A DNA stretch of 64,000 nt from Raillietiella orientalis (Eukaryota): assembly GCA_036172245.1 (NCBI GenBank), contig JAYWIR010000112.1, positions 62,001-126,000 on the forward strand, given 5' to 3'. Positions 1 through 13,500 of this stretch are shown one piece after another. The position numbers and the translations under genes were made by a program. The notes beneath the pieces are model-generated. The model worked only from the letters and a program-made list of their open reading frames with translations. It was not told the origin of the DNA and ran no database searches. Position 1 is the stretch's first letter; the number at the start of each line of letters is the position of its first letter.

Positions 1-1530
1 GCAATGGAGCCGCACATCATTCCAATTTCTTTGTTGCAGTGGATCAATAAGAGGTTTCCTACATTTCATTATGATGGGGCACTTTTGACTCTGCGCTGTT
101 TCCATGGCAACCAGCGTCTTTATTAGAAAGCAGGTGTTTTCCTTCGATCTGATTTATTATGTGGTCAAAATTTACAACTTTTGTGAGCTGTAATCAATTG
201 CAAATCAAAACATTTCACCATTGCACTTTTGCTCTTTCTCGCGAAACATCCATTTGCAGTGAGCTGCCAATTCACGCAATTAAGCCGCACATCATTCCAA
301 TTTCTTTGTTTCAGTGGATGAATAAGAGGTTTCCTACATTTCATTATGGTGGGCCACTTTTGACTCTGCGCTGTTTTCATGGCAACCAGCGTCGGAATTA
401 GAAAGCAGGTGTTTTCCTTCGATCTGATTTATTATGTGGTCAAAATTTACAACTTTTGTGAGTTGTAATCAATTGCAAATCAAAACATTTCACCATTGCT
501 CTTGTGCACTTTCTCGCGAAGAATTTATTTGCAGTGAGCTGCCAATTCACGGAGTGGAGCCGCACTTCATTCCAGTTTCCTGGTTTCAGAGGATGACTAA
601 GTGGATTTCTACATTTCATTATACTGGGACACTTTTGACTTTGTGTTGTTTTCATGGTAACCAGCGTCGGAATTAGAAAGCGAATGCTTTCCTTCGATCT
701 CATTCATTATGTGGTCAAAATTTACAACTTTTGTGAGTTGTTATCAATTCTAAATCAAAAAATTTCACCATTGCACTGTTGCTCTTAATCGCGAAACATC
801 CATTTGCAGTGAGCTGCAAATTCACAGAATGGAGCCGCACATCATTCCAATTTGTTTGTTTCAGAGGATGAATAGGAGGATTCCTACATTTCATTATGGT
901 GGGGCACTTTTGACTCTGCGCTGTTTTCATAGCAACCAGCATCGGAATTAAAAAGCGAATGTTTTGCTTCGATCTGATTAACGATGTGGTCAAAATTTAC
1001 AAATTTTGTGGGTTGTAATTAATTCGAACTCAGGAGTTTAAGCCATTACTCTTTTGCTTTTTCTTGCGAAGCATCCGTTTGCAGTGAGTTGCAAATACAC
1101 GGAGTGGAGCCGAACATCAACCCAATTCCTTGGTTTCAGAGGATGACTAAGAGGATTCCTACATTTCGTTATGGTGGGGCACTTTTGACTCTGTGCTGTT
1201 TCCATGCCAACCAGCGTCAGAATTAGAAAGCGAGTGTTTTCCTTCGATCTGATTCATTATGTGGTCAAAATTCACTTTGGGAGCGTCAACTCCTTACCAA
1301 ATCAGGAAATTTCATCATTGCACTTTTTGCTCTTTCTCGCGAAACATCCATTTGCAGTGAGCTGCAAATTCACGGAGTATAGCCGAACATCATTGCAATT
1401 TCTTGGTTTGAGAGGATGACTAAGGGATTTCTACATTTAATTATGGTGGGGCACTTTTGACTCTGCGCTGTTTTCACGGCAAGCAGCGTTCGAAATAGAA
1501 AGCGAGTGTTTTCCTTCGATGTGATCCATT

Positions 1531-4500
1531 ATGTGGTATAAATTTAAAACTTTTGTTAGTTGTAATCAATTGCAAATCAGGACATTTCACCATTGCACTT
1601 TTGCTCTTTCTCTCGAAACAACCGTTCCTTGATGACATTGGTACCGAGGGGTTGAATTCTCGAATCCAACCTCACATCGCCTGCGGAGGATGACTAAGAT
1701 GATTCCTACATTTCCTTATGCTGGAGCACTTTTGACTCTGCGCTGTATTCAAGGCAACCAGCGTTTAAATTAGAAACAGAGTGTTTTCTTTCGATCTGGT
1801 TCACGAAGTGGTCAACATTTACATCTTTTGTTTGTTGTATTTAATTCGAACTCAGGAGACTAAACCATTGCTCTTTTGCTCTTTCTTGCGAAGCATCCAT
1901 TTGCAGTGAGCTGCCAATTCACGCAATGGAGCCGCACATCATTCCAATTTCTTTGTTTAAGAGGATGAATAGGAGGATTCCTACATTTCATTATGGTGGG
2001 GCACTTTTGAATCTGCTCTGTTTTCATGGCAATCAGCGTCGGAATTAGAAAGCGAGTGTTTTCCTTCGATGTGATTCATTATGTGGTAAAATTTTACAAC
2101 TTTTGTGAGTGGTTTTCAATTCTAAATCAGGACATTCCACCATTGCACTGTTGCTCTTTCTCATGAAACATCCATTTGCAGTGAGCTGCAAATTCTGAAA
2201 TGGAACCGCACATCATTCCAATTTCTTTGTTCAGAGGATGAATAGGAGGATTCCGACATTTCCTTATGCTGGAGCACTTTTGACTCTGCGCTGTTTTCAA
2301 GGCAACCAGCGTTTGAATTAGAAACCGAGTGTTTCTTTCGATCTGATTCACGATGTGGTCAACATTTACATCTTTTGTTTATTGTGTTACAATTCGAACT
2401 CAGGAGATTAAACCATTGCTCTTTTGCTCTTTCTTGCGAAGCATTCATTTGCAGTGAGTTGCAAATTCACGGAGTGGAGCCGCACATCATTCCAATTTTT
2501 TGGTTTCAGAGGATGACTAAGAGGATTCCTGGATTTCATTATGGTGGGGAACTGTTGAATCTGTGTTGTTTTCATGGCATCCAGCGTCCGGAATTAAAAG
2601 CGAATGTTTTTCCTTCGATCTGATTCATTATGTGGTCAAAATTTACAACTTTTGTGAGTTTTCATCAATTCTAAATTAGGATATTTCGCCAATGCACTTT
2701 TGGTCTTTCTCGCGAAGCAACCATTTGCAGTGAGCTGCAAATTCACGGAATGGAGCCGCACATCATTCCAATTTCTTGGTTTCAGTGGATGACTTAGAGG
2801 ATTCCTACATTTCCTTATGCTGGAGCACTTTTGACTCTGCGCTGTTTTCAAGGCAACCAGCGTTTGAATTAGAAACCGGGTGTTTTCTTTCGATCTGATT
2901 CACGATGTGGTCAACATTTACATCTTTGTTCATTGTATTTAATTCGAACTCAGGAGATTAAACCCATTGCTCTTTGCTCTTTCTTTGCGAAGCATCCATT
3001 TGCAGTGAGCTGACAATTCACGCAATGGAGCCGCACATCATTCCAATTTCTTTGTTTCAGTGGATCAATAAGAGGTTTCCTACATTTCATTATGATGGGG
3101 CACTTTTGACTCTGCGCTGTTTCCATGGCAACCAGCGTCTTTATTAGAAAGCAGGTGTTTTCCTTCGATCTGATTTATTATGTGGTCAAAATTTACAACT
3201 TTTGTGAGCTGTAATCAATTGCAAATCAAAACATTTCACCATTGCACTTTTGCTCTTTCTCGCGAAACATCCATTTGCAGTGAGCTGCCAATTCACGCAA
3301 TTAAGCCGCACATCATTCCAATTTCTTTGTTTCAGTGGATGAATAAGGAGTTTCCTACATTTCATTGTGGTGGGCCACTTTTGGACTCTGCGCTGTTTTC
3401 TGGGAACCAGCGTCGGAATTAGAAAGCAGGTGTTTTCCTTCGATCTGATTTATTATGTGGTCACAGAACAACTCTGCTGTGAGCTGTAATCAAATTGTTC
3501 AGCAAAACATTTCACCATTGCACTTTTGCTCTTTCTCGCGAAACATCCATTTGCAGTGAGCTGAAAATTCACGGAATGGAGCCGCACATCATTCCAATTT
3601 CTTGGTTTCAGACGATGACTAAGAGGATTCCTACATTTCCTTATGCTGTAGCACTTTTGACTCTGCGCTGTTTTCAAGGCAACCAGCGTTTGAATTAGAA
3701 ACCAAGTGTTTTCTTTCGATCTGATTCACGATGTGGTCAACATTTACATCTTTTGTTTATTGTATTTAATTCGAACTCAGGAGATTAAACCATTGCTCTT
3801 TTGCTCTTTCTTGCGAAGCATCCATTTGCAGTCAGTTGCAAATTCACGGAGTGGAGCCGCACATCATTCCAATTTTTTGGTTTCAGAGGATGACTAAGTG
3901 GATTCCTGCATTTCATTATGGTTGGACCCTTTTGACTCTGCGCTGTTTTCATGTCAACCAGCGTCGGAATTAGAAAGCAGCTGTTTTCCTTCGATCTGAT
4001 TTATTATGTGGTCAAAATTTACAACTTTTGTGAGTTGTAATCAATTGCAAATCAAAACATTTCACCATTGCTCTTGTGCACTTTCTCGCGAAGAATTTAT
4101 TTGCAGTGAGCTGCCAATTCACGGAGTGGAGCCGCACTTCATTCCAGTTTCCTGGTTTCAGAGGATGACTAAGTGGATTTCTACATTTCATTATACTGGG
4201 ACACTTTTGACTTTGTGTTGTTTTCATGGTAACCAGCGTCGGAATTAGAAAGCGAATGCTTTCCTTCGATCTCATTCATTATGTGGTCAAAATTTACAAC
4301 TTTTGTGAGTTGTTATCAATTCTAAATCAAAAAATTTCACCATTGCACTGTTGCTCTTAATCGCGAAACATCCATTTGCAGTGAGCTGCAAATTCACAGA
4401 ATGGAGCCGCACATCATTCCAATTTGTTTGTTTCAGAGGATGAATAAGAGGATTCCTACATTTCATTATGGTGGGGCACTTTTGACTCTGCGCTGTTTTC

Positions 4501-7500
4501 ATAGCAACCAGCATCGGAATTAAAAAGCGAATGTTTTGCTTCGATCTGATTCACGATGTGGTCAAAATTTACAAATTTTGTGGGTTGTAATTAATTCGAA
4601 CTCAGGAGTTTAAGCCATTACTCTTTTGCTTTTTCTTGCGAAGCATCCGTTTGCAGTGAGTTGCAAATACACGGAGTGGAGCCGAACATCAACCCAATTC
4701 CTTGGTTTCAGAGGATGACTAAGAGGATTCCTACATTTCGTTATGGTGGGGCACTTTTGACTCTGTGCTGTTTCCATGCCAACCAGCGTCAGAATTAGAA
4801 AGCGAGTGTTTTCCTTCGATCTGATTCATTATGTGGTCAAAATTTACAACTTTTGTGAGTTGTAATCAATTGCAAATCAGGAAATTTCATCATTGCACTT
4901 TTGCTCTTTCTCGCGAAACATCCATTTGCAGTGAGCTGCAAATTCACGGAGTATAGCCGAACATCATTGCAATTTCTTGGTTTGAGAGGATGACTAAGAG
5001 GATTCCTACATTTAATTATGGTGGGGCACTTTTTACTGTGCGCTGTTTTCATGGCAACCAGCGTCGCAATTAGAAAGCGAATGTTTTCCTTCGATCTCAT
5101 TTATTATGTGCTCAAAACTTACAACTTTTTTGAGTTGTAATCAATTGCAAATTAGGACATTTCACGATTGCACTTTTGCTTTTTCTCGCGAAACAACCGT
5201 TTGCAGTGAGCTGCAAATTCATAGAGTGGAGCGGAACATCATTCCAATTTCTTGGTTTCAGACGATGACTAAGATGATTCCTACATTTCCTTATGCTGGA
5301 GCACTTTTGACTCTGCGCTGTATTCAAGGAAACCAGCGTTTAAATTAGAAACCGAGTGTTTTCTTTCGATCTGGTTCACGAAGTGGTCAACATTTACATC
5401 TTTTGTTTGTTGTATTTAATTCGAACTCAGGAGACTAAACCATTGCTCTTTTGCTCTTTCTTGCGAAGCATCCATTTGCAGTGAGTTGCAAATTCACGGA
5501 GTGGAGCCGCACATCATTCCAATTACTTTGTTTAAGAGGATGAATAGGAGGATTCCTACATTTCATTATGGTGGGGCACTTTTGAATCTGCTCTGTTTTC
5601 ATGGCAATCAGCGTCGGAATTAGAAAGCGAGTGTTTTCCTTCGATGTGATTCATTATGTGGTAAAAATTTACAACTTTTGTGAGTGGTTTTCAATTCTAA
5701 ATCAGGACATTCCACCATTGCACTGTTGCTCTTTCTCGCGAAACATCCATTTGCAGTGAGCTGCAAATTCACAGATTGGAGCCGCACATCATTCCAATTT
5801 CTTTGTTTCAGAGGATGAATAGGAGGATTCCGACATTTCCTTATGCTGGAGCACTTTTGACTCTGCGCTGTTTTCAAGGCAACCAGCGTTTGAATTAGAA
5901 ACCGAGTGTTTTCTTTCGATCTGATTCACGATGTGGTCAACATTTACATCTTTTGTTTATTGTATTTAATTCGAACTCAGGAGATTGAACCATTGCTCTT
6001 TTGCTCTTTCTTGCGAAGCATCCATTTGCAGTGAGTTGCAAATTCACGGAGTGGAGCCGCACATCATTCCAATTTCTTGGTTTCAGAGGATGACTAAGAG
6101 GATTCCTGGATTTCATTATGGTGGGGAACTGTTGACTCTGTGTTGTTTTCATGGCATCCAGCGTCGGAATTAGAAAGCGAATGTTTTCCTTCGATCTGAT
6201 TCATTATGTGGTCAAAATTTACAACTTTTGTGAGTTGTAATCAATTGCAAATTAGGACATTTCGCCATTGCACTTTTGCTTTTTCTCGCGAAACAACCAT
6301 TTGCAGTGAGCTGAAAATTCACGGAATGGAGGCTCACATCATTCCAATTTCTTGGTTTCAGACGATGACTAAGAGGATTCCTACATTTCCTTATGCTGGA
6401 GCACTTTTGACTCTGCGCTGTTTTCAAGGCAACCAGCGTTTGAATTAGAAACCGAGTGTTTTCTTTCGATCTGATTCACGATGTGGTCAACATTTACATC
6501 TTTTGTTCATTGTATTTAATGCGAACTCAGGAGATTAAACCATTGCTCTTTTGCTCTTTCTTGCGAAGCATCCATTTGCAGTGAGCTGCCAATTCACGCA
6601 ATGGAGCCGCACATCATTCCAATTTCTTTGTTGCAGTGGATCAATAAGAGGTTTCCTACATTTCATTATGATGGGGCACTTTTGACTCTGCGCTGTTTCC
6701 ATGGCAACCAGCGTCTTTATTAGAAAGCAGGTGTTTTGCTTCGATCTGATTTATGATATGGTCAAAATTTACAACTTTTGTGAGTTGTCATCAATTCTAA
6801 ATCAGGACATTTCACCATTGCACTTTTGCTCTTTCTCGCGAAACATCCATTTGCAGTGAGCTGCAAATTCACAGAATGGAGCCGCACATCATTCCAATTT
6901 CTTGGTTTCAGACGATGACTAAGAGGATTCCTACATTTCATTATGCTGGAGCACTTTTGACTCTTCGCTGTTTTCATGGCAACCAGCGTCGGGATAAAAA
7001 AGCATACTGGGCACTTTTGACTTTGTGTTGTTTTCATGGTAACCAGAGTCGGAATTAGAAAGCGAATGCTTTCCTTCGATCTGATTCATTATGTGGTCAA
7101 AATTTACAACTTTTGTGAGTTGTTATCAATTCTAAATCAGGACATTTCACCATTGCACTTTTGCTCTTTCTCCCGAAACATCCATTTGCAGTGAGCTGCA
7201 AATTCACACAATGGAGCCGCACAGCATTCCAATTTTTTGGTTTCAGAGGATGACTAAGAGGATTTCTACATTTGATTATGGTGGGGTACTTTTGACTCTG
7301 CGCTGTTTTCAAGGCAACCAGTGTCTGAATTAGAAAGCGAGTGTTTTCCTTCGATGCTATTCATTATGTGGTCAAAATTTGCAACTTTTGTGAGTTGTAA
7401 TCAATTGCAAAGCAGGAAATTTCATCATTGCACTTTTGCTCTTTCTCGCGAAACATCCATTTGCAGTAAGCTGCAAATTCACGGAGTATAGCCGAACATC

Positions 7501-10500
7501 ATTGCAATTTCTTGGTTTGAGAGGATGACTAAGAGGATTCCTACATTTAATTATGGTGGGGCACTTTTGACTCTGCGCTGTTTTCATGGCAACCAGCGTG
7601 GGGATAAAAAAGCGAATGCTTTCCTTCGATCTGATTTATTATGTGGTCAAAATTTACAACTTTTGTGAGCTGTTATCAATTGCAAATCAAAACATTTCAC
7701 CATTGCTCTTTTGCTCTTCCTCGCGAAGCATCCATTTGCAGTGAGCTGCCAATTCACGGAGTGGAGCCGCACTTCATTCCAATTTCCTGGTTTCCGAGGA
7801 TGAATAAGAGGTTTCCTACATTTCATTATGGTGGGGCACTTTTGACTCTGCGCTGTTTTCATGGCAACCAGCGTCGGAATTAGAAAGCAGGTGTTTTCCT
7901 TCGATCTGATTTATTATGTGGTCAAAATTTACAACTTTTGTGAGTTGTTATCAATTCTAAATCAGGACATTTCTTTATTGCACTTTTGCTCTTTCTCGCG
8001 AAGCATCCATTTGCAGTGAGCTTCCAATTCACGGAATGGAGCCGCACTTCATTCCAACTTTCTTTGTTTCAGTGGATCAATAAGAGGATTCCTACATTTC
8101 GTTATGGTGAGGCACTTTTGACTCTGCGCTGTTTTCATGGCAATCAGCGTCGGAATCAGAAAGCGAGTGTTTTCCTTCGATGTGATTCAATATGTGGTAA
8201 AAATTTACAAATTTTGTGGGTTGTTATCAATTCTAAATGAGGACATTTCACCATTGCACTTTTGCTCTTTCTCGCGAAGCATCCATTTGCAGTGAGCTTC
8301 CAATTCACGGAATGGAGCCGCACTTCATTCCAATTTCTTTGTTTCAGTGGATGAATAAGAGGATTCCTACATATCATTATGGTGGGGCACTTTTGACTCT
8401 TCGCTGTTTTCGTGGCAATCAGCGTCGGATTTAGAAAGCGAGTGTTTTCCTTCTTTGTGATTCATTATGTGGTCAAAATTTACAAGTTTTGTGGGTTGTA
8501 ATTAATTCGAACTCAGGAGTTTAAGCCATTGCTCTTTTGCTCTTTCTTGCGAAGCTTCCGTTTGCAGTGAGCTGCAAATACACAGAGTGGAGCCGAACAT
8601 CATCCCAATTCCTTGGTTTCAGAGGATGACTAAGAGGATTCCTACATTTAATTATGGTGGGGCACTTTTGACTTTGCGCTGTTTTCATGGCAACCAGCGT
8701 CGCAATTAGAAAGCGAATGTTTTCCTTCGATCTCATTTATTATGTGCTCAAAACTTACAACTTTTTTGAGTTGTAATCAATTGCAAATTAGGACATTTCA
8801 CAATTGCACTTTTGCTTTTTCTCGCGAAACAACCGTTTGCAGTGAGCTGCAAATTCATAGAGTGGAGCGGAACATGATTCCAATTTCTTGGTTTCAGACG
8901 ATAACTAAGATGATTCCTACATTTCCTTATGCTGGAGCACTTTTGACTCTGCGCTGTATTCAAGGAAACCAGCGTTTAAATTAGAAACCGAGTGTTTTCT
9001 TTCGATCTGGTTCACGAAGTGGTCAACATTTACATCTTTTGTTTGTTGTATTTAATTCGAACTCAGGAGACTAAACCATTGCTCTTTTGCTCTTTCTTGC
9101 GAAGCATCCATTTGCAGTGAGTTGCAAATTCACGGAGTGGAGCCGCACATCATTCCAATTACTTTGTTTAAGAGGATGAATAGGAGGATTCCTACATTTC
9201 ATTATGGTGGGGCACTTTTGAATCTGCTCTGTTTTCATGGCAATCAGCGTCGGAATTAGAAAGCGAGTGTTTTCCTTCGATGTGATTCATTATGTGGTAA
9301 AAATTTACAACTTTTGTGAGTGGTTTTCAATTCTAAATCAGGACATTCCACCATTGCACTGTTGCTCTTTCTCGCGAAACATCCATTTGCAGTGAGCTGC
9401 AAATTCACAGATTGGAGCCGCACATCATTCCAATTTCTTTGTTTCAGAGGATGAATAGGAGGATTCCGACATTTCCTTATGCTGGAGCACTTTTGACTCT
9501 GCGCTGTTTTCAAGGCAACCAGCGTTTGAATTAGAAACCGAGTGTTTTCTTTCGATCTGATTCACGATGTGGTCAACATTTACATCTTTTGTTTATTGTA
9601 TTTAATTCGAACTCAGGAGATTGAACCATTGCTCTTTTGCTCTTTCTTGCGAAGCATCCATTTGCAGTGAGTTGCAAATTTACGGAGTGGAGCCGCACAT
9701 CATTCCAATTTCTTGGTTTCAGAGGATGACTAAGAGGATTCCTGGATTTCATTATGGTGGGGAACTGTTGACTCTGTGTTGTTTTCATGGCATCCAGCGT
9801 CGGAATTAGAAAGCGAATGTTTTCCTTCGATCTGATTCATTATGTGGTCAAAATTTACAACTTTTGTGAGTTGTAATCAATTGCAAATTAGGACATTTCG
9901 CCATTGCACTTTTGCTTTTTCTCGCGAAACAACCATTTGCAGTGAGCTGAAAATTCACGGAATGGAGGCTCACATCATTCCAATTTCTTGGTTTCAGACG
10001 ATGACTAAGAGGATTCCTACATTTCCTTATGCTGGAGCACTTTTGACTCTGCGCTGTTTTCAAGGCAACCAGCGTTTGAATTAGAAACCGAGTGTTTTCT
10101 TTCGATCTGATTCACGATGTGGTCAACATTTACATCTTTTGTTCATTGTATTTAATGCGAACTCAGGAGATTAAACCATTGCTCTTTTGCTCTTTCTTGC
10201 GAAGCATCCATTTGCAGTGAGCTGCCAATTCACGCAATGGAGCCGCACATCATTCCAATTTCTTTGTTGCAGTGGATCAATAAGAGGTTTCCTACATTTC
10301 ATTATGATGGGGCACTTTTGACTCTGCGCTGTTTCCATGGCAACCAGCGTCTTTATTAGAAAGCAGGTGTTTTGCTTCGATCTGATTTATGATATGGTCA
10401 AAATTTACAACTTTTGTGAGTTGTCATCAATTCTAAATCAGGACATTTCACCATTGCACTTTTGCTCTTTCTCGCGAAACATCCATTTGCAGTGAGCTGC

Positions 10501-13500
10501 AAATTCACAGAATGGAGCCGCACATCATTCCAATTTCTTGGTTTCAGACGATGACTAAGAGGATTCCTACATTTCCTTATGCTGGAGCACTTTTGACTCT
10601 TCGCTGTTTTCATGGCAACCAGCGTCGGGATAAAAAAGCGAATGCTTTCCTTCGATCTGATTCATTATGTGGTCAAAATTTACAACTTTTGTGAGCTGTA
10701 ATCAATTGCAAATCAAAACATTTCACCATTGCTCTTTTGCTCTTCCTCGCGAAGCATCCATTTGCAGTGAGCTGCCAATTCACGCAATGGAGCCGCACAT
10801 CATTCCAATTTCTTTGTTGCAGTGGATCAATAAGAGCTTTCCTACATTTCATTATGATGGGGCACTTTTGACTCTGCGCTGTTTCCATGGCAACCAGCGT
10901 CTTTATTAGAAAGCAGGTGTTTTGCTTCGATCTGATTTATGATATGGTCAAAATTTACAACTTTTGTGAGTTGTCATCAATTCTAAATCAGGACATTTCA
11001 CCATTGCACTTTTGCTCTTTCTCGCGAAACATCCATTTGCAGTGAGCTGCAAATTCACAGAATGGAGCCGCACATCATTCCAATTTCTTGGTTTCAGACG
11101 ATGACTAAGAGGATTCCTACATTTCCTTATGCTGGAGCACTTTTGACTCTTCGCTGTTTTCATGGCAACCAGCGTCGGGATAAAAAAGCGAATGCTTTCC
11201 TTCGATCTGATTCATTATGTGGTCAAAATTTACAACTTTTGTGAGCTGTAATCAATTGCAAATCAAAACATTTCACCATTGCTCTTTTGCTCTTCCTCGC
11301 GAAGCATCCATTTGCAGTGAGCTGCCAATTCACGGAGTCGAGCCGCACTTCATTCCAATTTCCTGGTTTCCGAGGATGAATAAGATGTTTCCTACATTTC
11401 ATTATGGTGGGGCACTTTTGACTCTGCGCTGTTTTCATGGCAACCAGCGTCGGAATTAGAATGCAGGTGTTTTCCTTCGATCTGATTTATGATATGGTCA
11501 AAATTTACAACTTTTGTGAGTTGTTATCAATTCTAAATCAGGACATTTCACCATTGCACTTTTGCTCTTTCTCGCGAAACATCCATTTGCAGTGAGCTGC
11601 AAATTCACAGAATGGAGCCGCACATCATTCCAATTTCTTGGTTTCAGACGATGACTAAGAGGATTCCTACATTTCCTTATGCTGGAGCACTTTTGACTCT
11701 GCGCTGTTTTCAAGGCAACCAGCGTTTGAATTCGAAACCGAGTGTTTTCTTTCGATCTGATTCACGATGTGGTCAACATTTACATCTTTTGTTTATTGTA
11801 TTTAATTCGAACTCAGGAGATTAAACCATTGCTCTTTTGCTCTTTCTTGCGAAGCATCCATTTGCAGTCAGTTGCAAATTCACGGAGTGGAGCCGCACAT
11901 CATTCCAATTTTTTGGTTTCAGAGGATGACTAAGTGGATTCCTGCATTTCATTATGGTTGGACCCTTTTGACTCTGCGCTGTTTTCATGTCAACCAGCGT
12001 CGGAATTAGAAAGCAGCTGTTTTCCTTCGATCTGATTTATTATGTGGTCAAAATTTACAACTTTTGTGAGTTGTAATCAATTGCAAATCAAAACATTTCA
12101 CCATTGCTCTTTTGCTCTTTCTCACGAAGAATCCATTTGCAGTGAGCTGCCAATTCACGGAGTGGAGCCGCACTTCATTCCAATTTCCTGGTTTCAGAGG
12201 ATGACTAAGTGAATTCCTACATTTCAATATACTGGGGCACTTTTGACTTTGTGTTGTTTTCATGGTAACCAGAGTCGGAATTAGAAAGCGAATGCTTTCC
12301 TTCGATCTGATTCATTATGTGGTCAAAATTTACAACTTTTGTGAGTTGTTATCAATTCTAAATCAGGACATTTCACCATTGCACTTTTGCTCTTTCTCCC
12401 GAAACATCCATTTGCAGTGAGCTGCAAATTCACACAATGGAGCCGCACAGCATTCCAATTTTTTGGTTTCAGAGGATGACTAAGAGGATTTCTACATTTG
12501 ATTATGGTGGGGTACTTTTGACTCTGCGCTGTTTTCAAGGCAACCAGTGTCTGAATTAGAAAGCGAGTGTTTTCCTTCGATGCTATTCATTATGTGGTCA
12601 AAATTTGCAACTTTTGTGAGTTGTAATCAATTGCAAAGCAGGAAATTTCATCATTGCACTTTTGCTCTTTCTCGCGAAACATCCATTTGCAGTGAGCTGC
12701 AAATTCACGGAGTGGAGCCGCACATCATTCCAATTTCTTGGTTTCAGAGGATGACTAAGAGGATTCCTACATTTCATTATGGTGGGGCACTTTTGACTCT
12801 GCGCTGTTTTCATGGCAACCAGCGTCGGAATTAGAAAGCGAGTGTTTTCCTTCGATCTGATTTATTATGTGGTCAAAATTTACAACTTTTGTGAGTTGTT
12901 ATCAATTCTAAATCAGGACATTTCACCATTGCACTTTTGCTCTTTCTCGCGAAGCATCCATTTGCAGTGAGCTTCCAATTCACGGAATGGAGCCGCACTT
13001 CATTCCAATTTCTTTGTTTCAGTGGATCAATAAGAGGATTCCTACATTTCGTTATGGTGAGGCACTTTTGACTCTGCGCTGTTTTCATGGCAATCAGCGT
13101 CGGAATTAGAAAGCGAGTGTTTTCCTTCGATGTGATTCAATATGTGGTAAAAATTTACAAATTTTGTGGGTTGTTATCAATTCTAAATGAGGACATTTCA
13201 CCATTGCACTTTTGCTCTTTCTCGCGAAGCATCCATTTGCAGTGAGCTTCCAATTCACGGAATGGAGCCGCACTTCATTCCAATTTCTTTGTTTCAGTGG
13301 ATGAATAAGAGGATTCCTACATATCATTATGGTGGGGCACTTTTGACTCTTCGCTGTTTTCGTGGCAATCAGCGTCGGATTTAGAAAGCGAGTGTTTTCC
13401 TTCTTTGTGATTCATTATGTGGTCAAAATTTACAAGTTTTGTGGGTTGTAATTAATTCGAACTCAGGAGTTTAAGCCATTGCTCTTTTGCTCTTTCTTGC

